A stretch of DNA of 53,891 bases from Acidimicrobiia bacterium (GCA_009377505.1 WHTX01000002.1:1-53891); one strand, 5' to 3'; positions 1-9,090 are shown, counted from the first letter of the stretch. Program-made: numbers and translations. Notes: a model not told the origin generated them from the letters alone.

Positions 1-492
1 CCCGACCTGACGGTGGAGGAGAACCTGCTGGTGGCCGGCCCCCGCCCGGCCATCGAGGCCAGCTTCGAGCTGTTCCCCGTCCTCGCCAACCGGCGCACGG
101 CACGCGCCGCCCTGCTGCCGGGCGGCGAGCAGCAGATGCTGGTCATCGCCCGGGCTCTCGTCAGCCAGCCCAAGGTGCTGCTGCTCGACGAGATGTCCCT
201 CGGCCTCGCCCCCACCATCATCAAGCGGCTCGTCCCCGTGGTGCGCCGCCTGGCCGACGAGGGCGTGGGCGTGGTGCTGGTCGAGCAGTTCGCCGCCCTG
301 GCGCTCTCCGTCGGGGACCGCGCCTACGTGATCGTGCGCGGCGAGATCGCCTACGAGGGCGACTGCGAGGTGCTGGGCCGGGACCCCGACCTCCTCCGCC
401 GCCTCTACCTGGGCGCTGGCTCCATCGACGTCGCAGGCTCGAGCGCCGGGCCGGCCTTCCAGGACACCAGGAGGCCCCATGACCACGGGTGA
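1..492 (+). CDS. livF: Branched-chain amino acid ABC transporter ATP-binding protein, LivF-like (5' truncated by window edge)
   Basis: Frame 1 is open from nt 1 (PDLTVEENLL...). ABC signature and Walker B region present: LPGGEQQMLVIARAL, LLLDEMSLGLAP. Stop codon overlaps the next start. Confidence 0.85.
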   Translation, partial: PDLTVEENLLVAGPRPAIEASFELFPVLANRRTARAALLPGGEQQMLVIARALVSQPKVLLLDEMSLGLAPTIIKRLVPVVRRLADEGVGVVLVEQFAALALSVGDRAYVIVRGEIAYEGDCEVLGRDPDLLRRLYLGAGSIDVAGSSAGPAFQDTRRPHDHG

Positions 493-2554
493 CGTCAGCG
501 CACGAGCGTCCGGTGGTGCCCTCATGGTGGGCAGCGTGCCGCTCCGCAGCGCGACGGAGGTCTTCCGGACGCTGGCAGGCGCGCTCGGCGACCAGGTGCG
601 ACGCCTCCCCGACGGCGAGACCGGGCCGCGTTCGGACTGGATCGTGTGGCAGTACCCCGTGTTGAGCGCCCACCCCGAGTTCGAGGTGTGCCCGCCGGGC
701 GACCATCCCTACCGGTCCCTGCCCCGGCTCCGGCTCCGCGAGGGCGAGTCGGCGACCTCGTTGCGCTTCGAGGACCTGGGCTACGCACAGGCGGCCATCT
801 CCTCCTACCAGGTCTTCTCCCGGCTCAAGCGCGACGGGCTGGTGCCGGCGCACTGCCGGTTCCAGGTGTGCCTGCCCACGCCGCTCGCCCCCATCAGCGC
901 CTTCGTGGCCCCCGAGCAGCAGGCCCTCATCGAGCCTGTCTACGAGGCGCGGATGCTCGACGAGGTGCGGGCCATCGTCGACTCGGTCCCCCGCGACCAG
1001 CTCGCCGTCCAGTGGGACACGAACTTCGAGTTCGCCATGCTCGACGGGTTGTTGCCGAGCTGGTTCGAAGACGTCCGGGCCGGCATCGTCGAGCGCCTCC
1101 TGCGCCTTGCCCGCACCGTCCCGAGCGATGTGGAGCTCGGCTACCACTTCTGCCTCGGCCACGGCCACGAGCGCCTCACCCACGACCGCCCGCCCGACGC
1201 CCGCCGCATGGTGGAGGTGGCCAACGCCCTCTCCTCGGGGCTGGGGCGCTCGCTCGACTGGGTGCACCTGCCGGTCCCCGGCGACCGGCTCGACGTCGCC
1301 TACTACGAGCAGCTCGCCGCGCTCTCACTGCGGCCCGACACGGAGCTCTACCTGGGGCTCATCCACATCGAGGACGGCGTCGTCGGGGCGTCGGCCCGGG
1401 TGACGGCGGCGCAGCGCTACGTGCGCCTCTTCGGGGTGGCCACGGAGTGCGGGTGGGGCCGCAACCGCCCCCAGGACGTCGAAGAGCTGATCCGGCTGCA
1501 CCAGCAGCTCACGGTGGCGCCGCGCCCCCCGGCGCGGGAGCGCCGCGCCTTCTCGTGGCCCGCGGGGTTCGAGCGGGTGCCCGCGCAGGACTGGACCGAG
1601 CACCCCGTCGACGAGTTCGGCCTCGCCTATGACAACGTCGAGCGGCACGGCTGGTACCGCAACCTCGACCCCACCGTCGAGGAGCTGGCGCACCTCCTCC
1701 AGGACGGCGACGTCCTCATCGACTACTCGGGCGGCACGGGCATCCTGCTCGACCGGCTCAAGCTGCGGGTGTTCGAGGCCCGTGTGGGCACCCTCGTCGT
1801 CGACAGCTCGCCCAAGTTCCTGCGGGTCGCCCTGGAGAAGTTCCGCGACGACCCCGCCGTGGCCTTCCGCCTGCTGCGCTACCTGCGGGACGACGAGCGG
1901 CTGCAGCGCGTCGACGAGGTGGTAGGGCCGGAGCTGCTGAGCGGCGGGGTCGACGTCATCGTGACCACGAACGCCATCCACCTCTACCCCGACCTGGCCG
2001 ACGCCGTGGACTCCTGGGTGCGGGTGCTGCGGCGGGGCGGCCACCTGCTCGTCAACTCCGGCAACATCCGCAACCCGCGGGCGCGCAGCAGCGAGTGGAT
2101 CCTGGACGAGACGGTGTGGGTGGTGGCCGAGCTGGCCGAGGGCATCGTGCGCACCGACCCGACCTACGCCGCCTACCGGGGCGCCCTCGACGACACCGAG
2201 CGGATGAAGGCGCACGCTGCGCACCGGGACCGGGTGTTCCTCGCCCCCCGGCCCCTCGACCTGTACCTCGACACGCTCGTGCGCTGCGGCCTCACCGTGG
2301 AGTCGGTGCGCGAGGTCAGCATCCAGGCCGGCGTGGACGACTGGTTCGAGTTCCTCAGCGCCTACCACGACGCCGTGCTCGGCTGGGTGGGCGGGACGCA
2401 GAGGGTCGACGGCGCGGCGCCCGGCGACCGCGCCGTGGCCGACCGGCTGCGCCTCATGCGCCAGGCGATGGACGTCCTCTTCGGCGGGCGCCCGAGCTTC
2501 CACGCCTGCTGGACCTACATCACCGCCTCCCGCCCCGAGGTCGCCCCGCGCTGA
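479..2554 (+). CDS. Two-domain protein: N-terminal MetE/UROD-like domain (tentative) fused to a class I SAM-dependent methyltransferase
   Basis: AGGAGG at 470-475 precedes ATG 479. The C-terminal half has SAM-MTase motif I (VLIDYSGGTGILLDRL) and a post-I region (VIVTTNAIHLYPD...VLRRGGHLLV). The N-terminal ~340 aa (HFCLGHGH, ATECGWG) resembles a cobalamin-independent Met-synthase-like fold, judged by eye. Confidence 0.7.
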   Translation: MTTGDVSARASGGALMVGSVPLRSATEVFRTLAGALGDQVRRLPDGETGPRSDWIVWQYPVLSAHPEFEVCPPGDHPYRSLPRLRLREGESATSLRFEDLGYAQAAISSYQVFSRLKRDGLVPAHCRFQVCLPTPLAPISAFVAPEQQALIEPVYEARMLDEVRAIVDSVPRDQLAVQWDTNFEFAMLDGLLPSWFEDVRAGIVERLLRLARTVPSDVELGYHFCLGHGHERLTHDRPPDARRMVEVANALSSGLGRSLDWVHLPVPGDRLDVAYYEQLAALSLRPDTELYLGLIHIEDGVVGASARVTAAQRYVRLFGVATECGWGRNRPQDVEELIRLHQQLTVAPRPPARERRAFSWPAGFERVPAQDWTEHPVDEFGLAYDNVERHGWYRNLDPTVEELAHLLQDGDVLIDYSGGTGILLDRLKLRVFEARVGTLVVDSSPKFLRVALEKFRDDPAVAFRLLRYLRDDERLQRVDEVVGPELLSGGVDVIVTTNAIHLYPDLADAVDSWVRVLRRGGHLLVNSGNIRNPRARSSEWILDETVWVVAELAEGIVRTDPTYAAYRGALDDTERMKAHAAHRDRVFLAPRPLDLYLDTLVRCGLTVESVREVSIQAGVDDWFEFLSAYHDAVLGWVGGTQRVDGAAPGDRAVADRLRLMRQAMDVLFGGRPSFHACWTYITASRPEVAPR

Positions 2555-2675
2555 GCCACTGCGGCGCTCGCGCCCGTGCGTCGCCTGCACGCGATCGAGG
2601 GCCGTGCGGGTAGGGCCCCGTGCCCGAGCCGGTAGCCTCCCCGGCGTTCGTGCCAGCGAAGGGTCGGGAGTGACC

Positions 2676-3278
2676 GTGAGGACCGTGGTGATCATCGTCC
2701 TGTTGGTCGTGGCCGTCGTGGCGGTGGTCGCCCTCGTCCGCGCCCGGCGGGCGCGCCCGGACCAGGGCGAGGGGCAGGCGCCGCCCCGCCGGGACCCCTT
2801 CGCCGACGCTCACGGCAACGAGCAGGCCCTGTACCGCCTCAAGGTCGGGGACGTGGTCACCTTCGAGGCCACGGACCACTTCGTGCGCGGCTCCATCCGC
2901 TACGACGCGAGCGGCTACACCTGGGCCGAGCACCTGATCGACGACGACCGTGCCCAGCACTGGGTGTCGGTCGAGGACGACGAGGGCATCGCCGTGGCCG
3001 TGTGGCAGGAGGTGGCCCCGGGCGACGTCGACGGCGAGCCCGGCGCCGACCGGGTTGCCCACGGGCAGCACACCTACCGTCTCCAGGAACAGGGCAGCGC
3101 CAGCTACACCGCCGAGGGCACCACCGGGACCGCGCCCACCGGCACCGCCCGCTACGTCGACTACGATGGCCCCGACGGCGCCCTCCTGAGCTTCGAGCAG
3201 TTCGGCCAGAGCTGGGAGGTGTCCGTCGGGCGCCCGGTCCGGCCCCGGGCGCTGATCGTGTACCCCACCTCGTCATGA
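2676..3278 (+). CDS. DUF4178 domain protein with N-terminal TM helix
   Basis: GGGAG at 2666-2670 precedes GTG 2676. TM segment VVIIVLLVVAVVAVVALV, then YRLKVGDVVTF...WAEHLIDDD typical of DUF4178. First gene of the conserved DUF4178/DUF4247/DUF350/SpeE neighbourhood. Confidence 0.7.
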   Translation: MRTVVIIVLLVVAVVAVVALVRARRARPDQGEGQAPPRRDPFADAHGNEQALYRLKVGDVVTFEATDHFVRGSIRYDASGYTWAEHLIDDDRAQHWVSVEDDEGIAVAVWQEVAPGDVDGEPGADRVAHGQHTYRLQEQGSASYTAEGTTGTAPTGTARYVDYDGPDGALLSFEQFGQSWEVSVGRPVRPRALIVYPTSS

Positions 3279-3386
3279 CCGGAGTCTTCCGTGCCCTCCC
3301 GGTCGCCTCTCGCGGCGCTCGCGTCATCGACCTTCGCCCGACCGGGGCCCGGGCGAGGTTGGGGTGAGCGGGGGCCGAGTCGAGCG

Positions 3387-3818
3387 GTGCTGAGGCTCGT
3401 GGCGTTGGCGCTGGCCCTGCTGCTCGTCGGGTGCGGGTCGTCGTCGCCCTCGCGCCAGGAGGTCGAGGCGTTCCTCGACACCACCTTCGAGGCCGACCCG
3501 GGGCGCGCGAACACCTGGCGGTCGGCACAGCCCGTGCAGCCGACGGCCGACGGGATCGCCGAGCGCGTCGACCCCCGCGACCGCTTCACGGAGGAGCAGG
3601 CCGAGTTCATGCGCGACGGCGAGTACATCGTCGCCGTGTTCCCGGAGCCGAGCGGCTCGCGCGTCGAGCTCGACGACTACCGGCGCGTCCGCAACCGGTA
3701 CCTGCCGCTCATCGGCGGCTACTGGGGGGCCTCCCCCAACTCGTACGGCCCCCGGGGCGAGCGCGCATCGAACACCGGCGGCGGCTTCCGGGGCGGCGGG
3801 CCCGGCGTCGGCAAGTGA
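3387..3818 (+). CDS. DUF4247-like lipoprotein
   Basis: GTG 3387 gives VLRLVALALALLLVGCGSS, a lipobox signal peptide. Gly-rich tail. Position in the conserved cluster. Confidence 0.65.
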   Translation: MLRLVALALALLLVGCGSSSPSRQEVEAFLDTTFEADPGRANTWRSAQPVQPTADGIAERVDPRDRFTEEQAEFMRDGEYIVAVFPEPSGSRVELDDYRRVRNRYLPLIGGYWGASPNSYGPRGERASNTGGGFRGGGPGVGK

Positions 3819-3849
3819 CGACAGCAACGGACCCAGGAGGCCGACAGAA

Positions 3850-4278
3850 ATGGACATCGGAGACCTGCTCGTGGAGCTCGCCCAGATCCTGGCCTGGGGA
3901 GTGGTCGGGATCGTGCTGCTCGCCGTCGGCTATCTGGTGGTCGACCTGCTCACGCCAGGGAACCTCGGCCAGCTGATCTACGAGCAGCACAACGTCAACA
4001 CCGCGGTGGTGCTCGGCTCGGGGCTGCTGGCCCTCGGTGCCATCGTGGCCACGTCGATCGTCACCTCCTTCGACGGGTTCGCTGACGGGATCGTGAGCGC
4101 CGTCGGCTTCGGGCTGGTCGGCATCCTGCTGCTGGCAGTCTCGTTCCTCGTCGTCGACCGGATCACCCCGGGCGACCTCGGCGAGATCGTCACGCACCAC
4201 GAGCCCAACCCGGCCGCGTGGGTGGTGGCGGCCAACCACATAGCCCTGGGCGCCATCCTGTCGGCCGCCATCTCGTGA
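3850..4278 (+). CDS. DUF350 domain membrane protein
   Basis: AGGAGG precedes ATG 3850. Internally duplicated pattern (VGYLVVDLLTPGNLGQLI / VSFLVVDRITPGDLGEIV) typical of DUF350. Confidence 0.8.
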   Translation: MDIGDLLVELAQILAWGVVGIVLLAVGYLVVDLLTPGNLGQLIYEQHNVNTAVVLGSGLLALGAIVATSIVTSFDGFADGIVSAVGFGLVGILLLAVSFLVVDRITPGDLGEIVTHHEPNPAAWVVAANHIALGAILSAAIS

Positions 4279-4321
4279 GCTCGTCAGGCGGCACCCCCAC
4301 GAGCGACGAGGCGGCCGGCCG

Positions 4322-5899
4322 GTGAGCGACGCACCGCAGCCACGGGGCCCCGCCGTCCTGACCGGTACGGCGGCCCGGCGGGTGGTGCTCGCCGCGGTGT
4401 TCGTCTGCGCCGCCTGCGGGCTCGTGTACGAGCTCGCCCTGGTGGCCCTGGGCTCGTACCTCACCGGGAGCTCGGTCGAGCAGACCTCGCTCGTGATCGC
4501 CTTCGTGATGGCGTCGATGGGCCTCGGCGCCCTTGCGGTCAAGCCGCTGCTGCGATGGCCGATCGCCTCCTTCGCTGCGGTCGAGGTGGCGCTCGGGCTG
4601 GTCGGGGCGTTCTCGGTCCCGTTCCTCTACGCCGCCTTCGCCTGGCTCGACCTGTACACGCCGGTCATGCTCGTCGCCGCGGTCGCCATCGGCGGGCTGA
4701 TCGGCGCCGAGGTCCCCCTGCTCATGAGCCTCGTGCAGCGGCTCCGGGCCCAGGAGGCGGCGGGGGCGGTCGCCGACCTGTCGGCCGTCGACTACGGCGG
4801 CGCCCTCATCGGCGGCCTGGCCTTCCCCTTCGTGCTGCTGCCGACCTTCGGGCTGCTCCAGGGCGCCCTGCTCGTCGGCGCCGTCAACATCGCCGCCGCC
4901 GGCCTCGTCGCCGGCTGGCTGTTCGGCCCGGCGCTGCCCCGGGGCCGTCTGGCCGTCGGCGGAGCCTGCGCAGGCTCCCTGGTGCTCCTCGGCGGCGCCG
5001 CCGCCTACGCCGACCAGTTCGAGGTGACCGCGCGCCAGAAGATGTACCGCTACCCGATCGTCCACGCCGAGCGCAGCGCCTACCAGGAGATCGTGCTCAC
5101 ATCGGACCGGGTCGGCGGCGGCCACCCACCTGACGTGCGCCTGTACCTCGACGGCGACCTGCAGTTCTCGAGCCTGGACGAGCACCGCTACCACGAGGCG
5201 CTCACCCACCCGGCGATGGCGGGCCGGCGCTCCCGGGTGCTGGTGCTCGGCGGCGGCGACGGCTTGGCCCTGCGGGAGGTGCTCGACTACCGCGACGTGG
5301 ACGACGTCACCCTGGTCGACCTCGACCCCGCCGTCGTGCGGCTGGCCCGCACCCACTCGTGGCTGTCGGCCCGCAACCGCGGCGCGTTCGAGGACCCTCG
5401 GGTGGAGGTCGTGGCGGCCGATGCCCTCACGTGGAGCCGCGGCTACGACGGCCCGCCCTTCGACGTGGTGCTGGTGGACCTGCCCGACCCCGACTCGACC
5501 GACACGGCGAAGCTCTACACGGTGGAGTTCTACGGCGTGGTGGCCGGCCTGCTGGCCGACGACGGGCGGATGACCGTGCAGGCGGGCTCCCCGTTCTTCG
5601 CTCCCTCCTCGTACTGGTCGGTGGCCGCGGCGGTGCAGGAGGCGGGGCTGAGCGAGGTGCCCTACCACGTGAGCGTCCCGTCCTTCGGCGAATGGGGCTT
5701 CGTGCTGGCCGCCCGGGGCCCCGCCCCGCCGGCCCTGCGCCTGGCCCCCGACGCACCCGAGCTGAGCTTCCTCACCCCCGACGTCCTCGATGCCGCCCGG
5801 GTGTTCCCCCCCGACCGTCTCCCGGCGGCGGTGGAGGCCTCCACGCTGCTCGACCCCGTGATCCTCGAGTACCAGCGGCGGGAGTGGGCCGGCTACTGA
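4322..5899 (+). CDS. speE: Membrane-anchored polyamine aminopropyltransferase (spermidine synthase-like)
   Basis: N-terminal polytopic region, then a SpeE fold: VLVLGGGDGLALREVLDY, VTLVDLDPAVV, DVVLVDLPDP. Confidence 0.85.
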   Translation: MSDAPQPRGPAVLTGTAARRVVLAAVFVCAACGLVYELALVALGSYLTGSSVEQTSLVIAFVMASMGLGALAVKPLLRWPIASFAAVEVALGLVGAFSVPFLYAAFAWLDLYTPVMLVAAVAIGGLIGAEVPLLMSLVQRLRAQEAAGAVADLSAVDYGGALIGGLAFPFVLLPTFGLLQGALLVGAVNIAAAGLVAGWLFGPALPRGRLAVGGACAGSLVLLGGAAAYADQFEVTARQKMYRYPIVHAERSAYQEIVLTSDRVGGGHPPDVRLYLDGDLQFSSLDEHRYHEALTHPAMAGRRSRVLVLGGGDGLALREVLDYRDVDDVTLVDLDPAVVRLARTHSWLSARNRGAFEDPRVEVVAADALTWSRGYDGPPFDVVLVDLPDPDSTDTAKLYTVEFYGVVAGLLADDGRMTVQAGSPFFAPSSYWSVAAAVQEAGLSEVPYHVSVPSFGEWGFVLAARGPAPPALRLAPDAPELSFLTPDVLDAARVFPPDRLPAAVEASTLLDPVILEYQRREWAGY

Positions 5900-5920
5900 C
5901 GGCCATGCGCCAGAGCTCGG

Positions 5921-7036
5921 TCACGACGTGGGCAGCTCCTGGCCGCCGACCAGCACCTGTGCCACCTCGAGCTCGTCGTCGAGCACCACCACGTCGGCCC
6001 GGGCGCCGGGCTCCAGCCGCCCGATGTCGGCGCGGCCGAGGAGCCGGGCGGGCGCCTCGGTCACCGCGGCGACGGCGCGCTCGAGGGGCAGGCCCACCGA
6101 CACGAGGTTGCGGACCGCGGCATCGAGCGTGCCGGTGCCACCGGCCAAGGTGCCGTCGAGGAGCCGGGCGGCACCGCCGCCCACGACCAGGGACGCTCCC
6201 GGGCGGCGGTGCTCGCCCTCGCCCAGGCCCGCGGCCCAGACCGCGTCGGTCACGACGACCAGGCGGTCACCGGCGGCGGCGGCCGACACCCGCAACGTGT
6301 CCGCGCCGACGTGGGCCAGGTCGGCGATGACGCCGACGAAGACGTCCCCCCTGGCCAGGGCTGCGCCCCCCACCGCGGCGTCGCGGCCGGTCATCGGCCG
6401 CTGCGCGTTCCACAGGTGGGTGACGGCCCTGGCGCCGGCATCGAAGGCGGCGTGGGCGGTGAGCCCGTCGCAGTCCGTGTGGCCGAGGGAGACCGCCACG
6501 CCCCGGCCGACGAGGTAGCGGACCAGCTCCAGGGCGCCGTCGAGCTCGGGCGCCAGGGTCACGAGCGCCACCGGCCCGGCGGCGAGGAAGGCCGCGGCGG
6601 CGTCGATGTCGGGTGCCCGCAGGTGCGCGACCGGGTGGGCGCCGGCGCGACGCTCGGACAGGAACGGCCCTTCGAGGTGCACCCCGAGGATGCGGGCGCC
6701 GGGCGGCGGCGTGCGCACCACGGCGCCGGCGAGGGCCAGCGCGGGCGGGTAGCGGTCGGGCGGGCTGGTGGGCAGGGTGGGGAGCCACCCGGTCACCCCC
6801 GTACTGGCCAGTACCGACGCGGCGTGGCCGTAGCCGTCCTCGTCGGTGTCGCCGAAGTCGACCCCTGCGAGCCCGTTCACCTGGACGTCGAGGAAGCCGG
6901 CACAGGCGGTGCCGCCCCGGCGGCCCGGCGGCCAGGCCGCGACCTCGACCACCCGCCCGTCGTCGACGACGACGTCACCGGGCACGACCGAGCCCTCGAC
7001 GACGCACGCCGACGCCCCCAGCCTCCTCCGCGCCAT
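5921..7036 (-). CDS. nagA: N-acetylglucosamine-6-phosphate deacetylase
   Basis: GFLDVQVNGLAGVDF, HLEGPFLS, VTLAPE, VSLGHTD, THLWNAQ, ADLAHV motifs. Start set at the internal ATG (MARRRLGASACVVEG) because the upstream extension is Arg/Gly-rich and not protein-like. Confidence 0.85.
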   Translation of the reverse strand: MARRRLGASACVVEGSVVPGDVVVDDGRVVEVAAWPPGRRGGTACAGFLDVQVNGLAGVDFGDTDEDGYGHAASVLASTGVTGWLPTLPTSPPDRYPPALALAGAVVRTPPPGARILGVHLEGPFLSERRAGAHPVAHLRAPDIDAAAAFLAAGPVALVTLAPELDGALELVRYLVGRGVAVSLGHTDCDGLTAHAAFDAGARAVTHLWNAQRPMTGRDAAVGGAALARGDVFVGVIADLAHVGADTLRVSAAAAGDRLVVVTDAVWAAGLGEGEHRRPGASLVVGGGAARLLDGTLAGGTGTLDAAVRNLVSVGLPLERAVAAVTEAPARLLGRADIGRLEPGARADVVVLDDELEVAQVLVGGQELPTS

Positions 7037-7091
7037 CACCTGCCTCGCCCCTCGACCGCCAGGAGTCTGCCAGTCCCAAGTGCCATGACCA

Positions 7092-7247
7092 CCAACGTTC
7101 GCCGCGTTCACGCCGGCCGAGCCCTGGGTGCGCTCGTTGCCGGCAGGCGGGCTCGCACGCACCCGCAGCCCCGAGCAAAGGCGCCGGCCGGCCGTCCCTC
7201 CCCCCACTGACCGCTACGGCCTCCCGGGCCCTTGGAACCACTGGTCC
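7092..7247 (+). repeat. Dispersed ~110-nt intergenic element, copy X (blocks ordered B then A, with a degenerate A upstream)
   Basis: Shares exact 18-, 17- and 16-nt strings with 31447-31571 (gaccgctacggcctcccg, tgggtgcgctcgttgcc, gggctcgcacgcaccc), plus a hairpin with the same 10-nt loop. Confidence 0.75.
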
Positions 7248-7260
7248 AGCGGCCGCGTCG

Positions 7261-8238
7261 CTAGCGCGCCGGCGCCGCGCCCACGGCGGCGAGGGCGGGC
7301 TGGAGGTGCTCCTGCCAGAAGTGGAAGAAGCCCTCCTGGTCGGGGCCGACCTGGTGGAAGTAGAGGTGGTCGTAGCCGGCGCCCACGTAGGCGCGGACCG
7401 ACTCGATCACCGGTCCGGGGTCGGGCCCGCACGGCGTGGGCCCGACGGCCTCCTGCTCCGAGACCATCTGCGCCGCCTCCTCGAAGTGCGTCCACGTCGG
7501 CAGGTCCTGGGCGAGCTGGCCGGTGATCCCACCGTTGGGCCACTCCCGGTGCACGGTCTGGCGGGCGGTCGCCTCGTCCGGCGCCCAGCACACGTTGAGC
7601 TGGGCGTACCGGGGACCGGCGCCGCCCGCGGCGGCGTAGGCCTGGATGAGGCGGTCCTCGGGCGCGTGGCCCCAGTAGCCGTCGCCGATGCGCCCGGCCA
7701 GCTGCGCCGCCTTGGGGCCGAAGCCCGACACGACGATGGGGACGGGCCGGGCCGGGGGGTCGAAGAGCTTGGCGTTCTCGACCTCGTAGAAGGCGCCGCT
7801 GTGGTCGACCGTGTCCCCCGTCCACAGCTGACGGACCACGTCGACGGCCTCCTCGAGCATGGCCAGGCGGACCTCGGGCCTCGGCCAGCGCTGGCCGAGG
7901 ATGTGCTCGTTGAGGGCCTCCCCGGTGCCCACGCCGAGGAAGAACCGGCCGCGGAGCAGCAGGGAGGTGGTCGCCGCGGCCTGGGCGATGATCGCCGGGT
8001 GGACGCGCATGATGGGGCAGGTGACCCCGATGCCGACGCCGATGCTCTCGGTCGCCTCCGAGATGGCGCCGAGCACCGACCAGACGAAGGGGCTGTGGCC
8101 CTGCTCGCTGACCCATGGGTGGTAGTGGTCCGAGATCGACACGAAGTCGAAGCCCACCTCTTCGGCCCGGGCGGCGTTGCGGACCAGGTCGGCGGGCGCG
8201 TGCTCTTCGCTGGACAGCGTGTAGCCGAACGACGTCAT
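7261..8238 (-). CDS. LLM-class F420-dependent oxidoreductase (G6PDH-family type)
   Basis: MTSFGYTLSSEEH...FDFVSISDHYHPW...GVGTGEALNEHILG is characteristic of this family. GAGGAAG RBS upstream. Confidence 0.85.
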   Translation of the reverse strand: MTSFGYTLSSEEHAPADLVRNAARAEEVGFDFVSISDHYHPWVSEQGHSPFVWSVLGAISEATESIGVGIGVTCPIMRVHPAIIAQAAATTSLLLRGRFFLGVGTGEALNEHILGQRWPRPEVRLAMLEEAVDVVRQLWTGDTVDHSGAFYEVENAKLFDPPARPVPIVVSGFGPKAAQLAGRIGDGYWGHAPEDRLIQAYAAAGGAGPRYAQLNVCWAPDEATARQTVHREWPNGGITGQLAQDLPTWTHFEEAAQMVSEQEAVGPTPCGPDPGPVIESVRAYVGAGYDHLYFHQVGPDQEGFFHFWQEHLQPALAAVGAAPAR

Positions 8239-8337
8239 GGCTTCCTCAGTACCCGACAGGCCCAGGCCCAGTCGTCGGGCTCAGCCAGTTCCGGCGCGGT
8301 TCGACAGTCCTCGGGGGCGGGGCTACCGTCGCTGGTG

Positions 8338-8436
8338 AACCCACGGGAGCCCGGCGCACCGGGCTGAGAGGGGGGCTGTCACCGGCCCCCGACCGTACGA
8401 ACCTGATGCGGGTCATACCGACGCAGGGAGACGGAC
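8338..8436 (+). promoter_or_regulatory. TPP (THI-box) riboswitch
   Basis: Conserved cores CTGAGA (8364-8369), ACCTGAT (8401-8407) and GGGTCATACCGACGCAGGGA. Overall layout matches actinobacterial thi riboswitches. Lies directly upstream of thiE. Confidence 0.85.
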
Positions 8437-8475
8437 GTCATCGATGTTCCCAGGCTCCACCTGATCACCCCACCG

Positions 8476-9090
8476 ATGGTGGGCGCCGAGGTGGTCGAGA
8501 CCACGGAGCGGGCGCTCGCCGCGGGCGCTCCCCTGGTGCAGGTGCGCGCCAAGGACGTGACCGACCGGGCCCGCTACGTCTGCGCCGATCAGCTCTCGCG
8601 GGCCTGCGTGGCGTCGGGGGCGCTGTGCCTGGTGAACGACCGGGTCGACGTGGCCCTGGCCGTGGCGGCCGCCGGTGTCCACGTCGGGGCCGACGACCTG
8701 CCGGTGGCCCTGGCCCGGCGGCTGCTCGGTGACGGCGCCCTGGTGGGGGCGACGTGCCGGGACGCCGAGGCCGCCCGTCGGGCCGTCGACGAGGGGGCGT
8801 CGTACCTGGGCGTCGGCCCGGCCTTCTCCACCACCACGAAGGCCGGCCTGCCGCCGCCCCTCGGCCTCGGGGGCATCGAGGCCGTGGCCTCGGCGGTGGA
8901 GGTGCCCGTCGTGGCCATCGCTGGCGTGACCGCGGAGCGGGTGCCGCGGTTGCTGGACGCCGGTGCCTGGGGCGTCGCCGTGGTCGCGGCCGTCTTCGAG
9001 GCCGACGACCCATCGGCGGCCACGGCCGAGCTGCTCGAGCTCCTCGGGGAGGGCGCCGGGGCGCGCCGGCCCCCAGGGCGGGCGCCGTGA
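8476..9090 (+). CDS. thiE: Thiamine-phosphate synthase (5' boundary unresolved, see finding)
   Basis: ThiE fold motifs (VQVRAKD, YLGVGPAFSTTTK, VVAIAGV). The first in-frame ATG/GTG/TTG is 8476, but a conserved first beta-strand (RLHLITPP) is encoded upstream of it. Confidence 0.8.
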   Translation: MVGAEVVETTERALAAGAPLVQVRAKDVTDRARYVCADQLSRACVASGALCLVNDRVDVALAVAAAGVHVGADDLPVALARRLLGDGALVGATCRDAEAARRAVDEGASYLGVGPAFSTTTKAGLPPPLGLGGIEAVASAVEVPVVAIAGVTAERVPRLLDAGAWGVAVVAAVFEADDPSAATAELLELLGEGAGARRPPGRAP

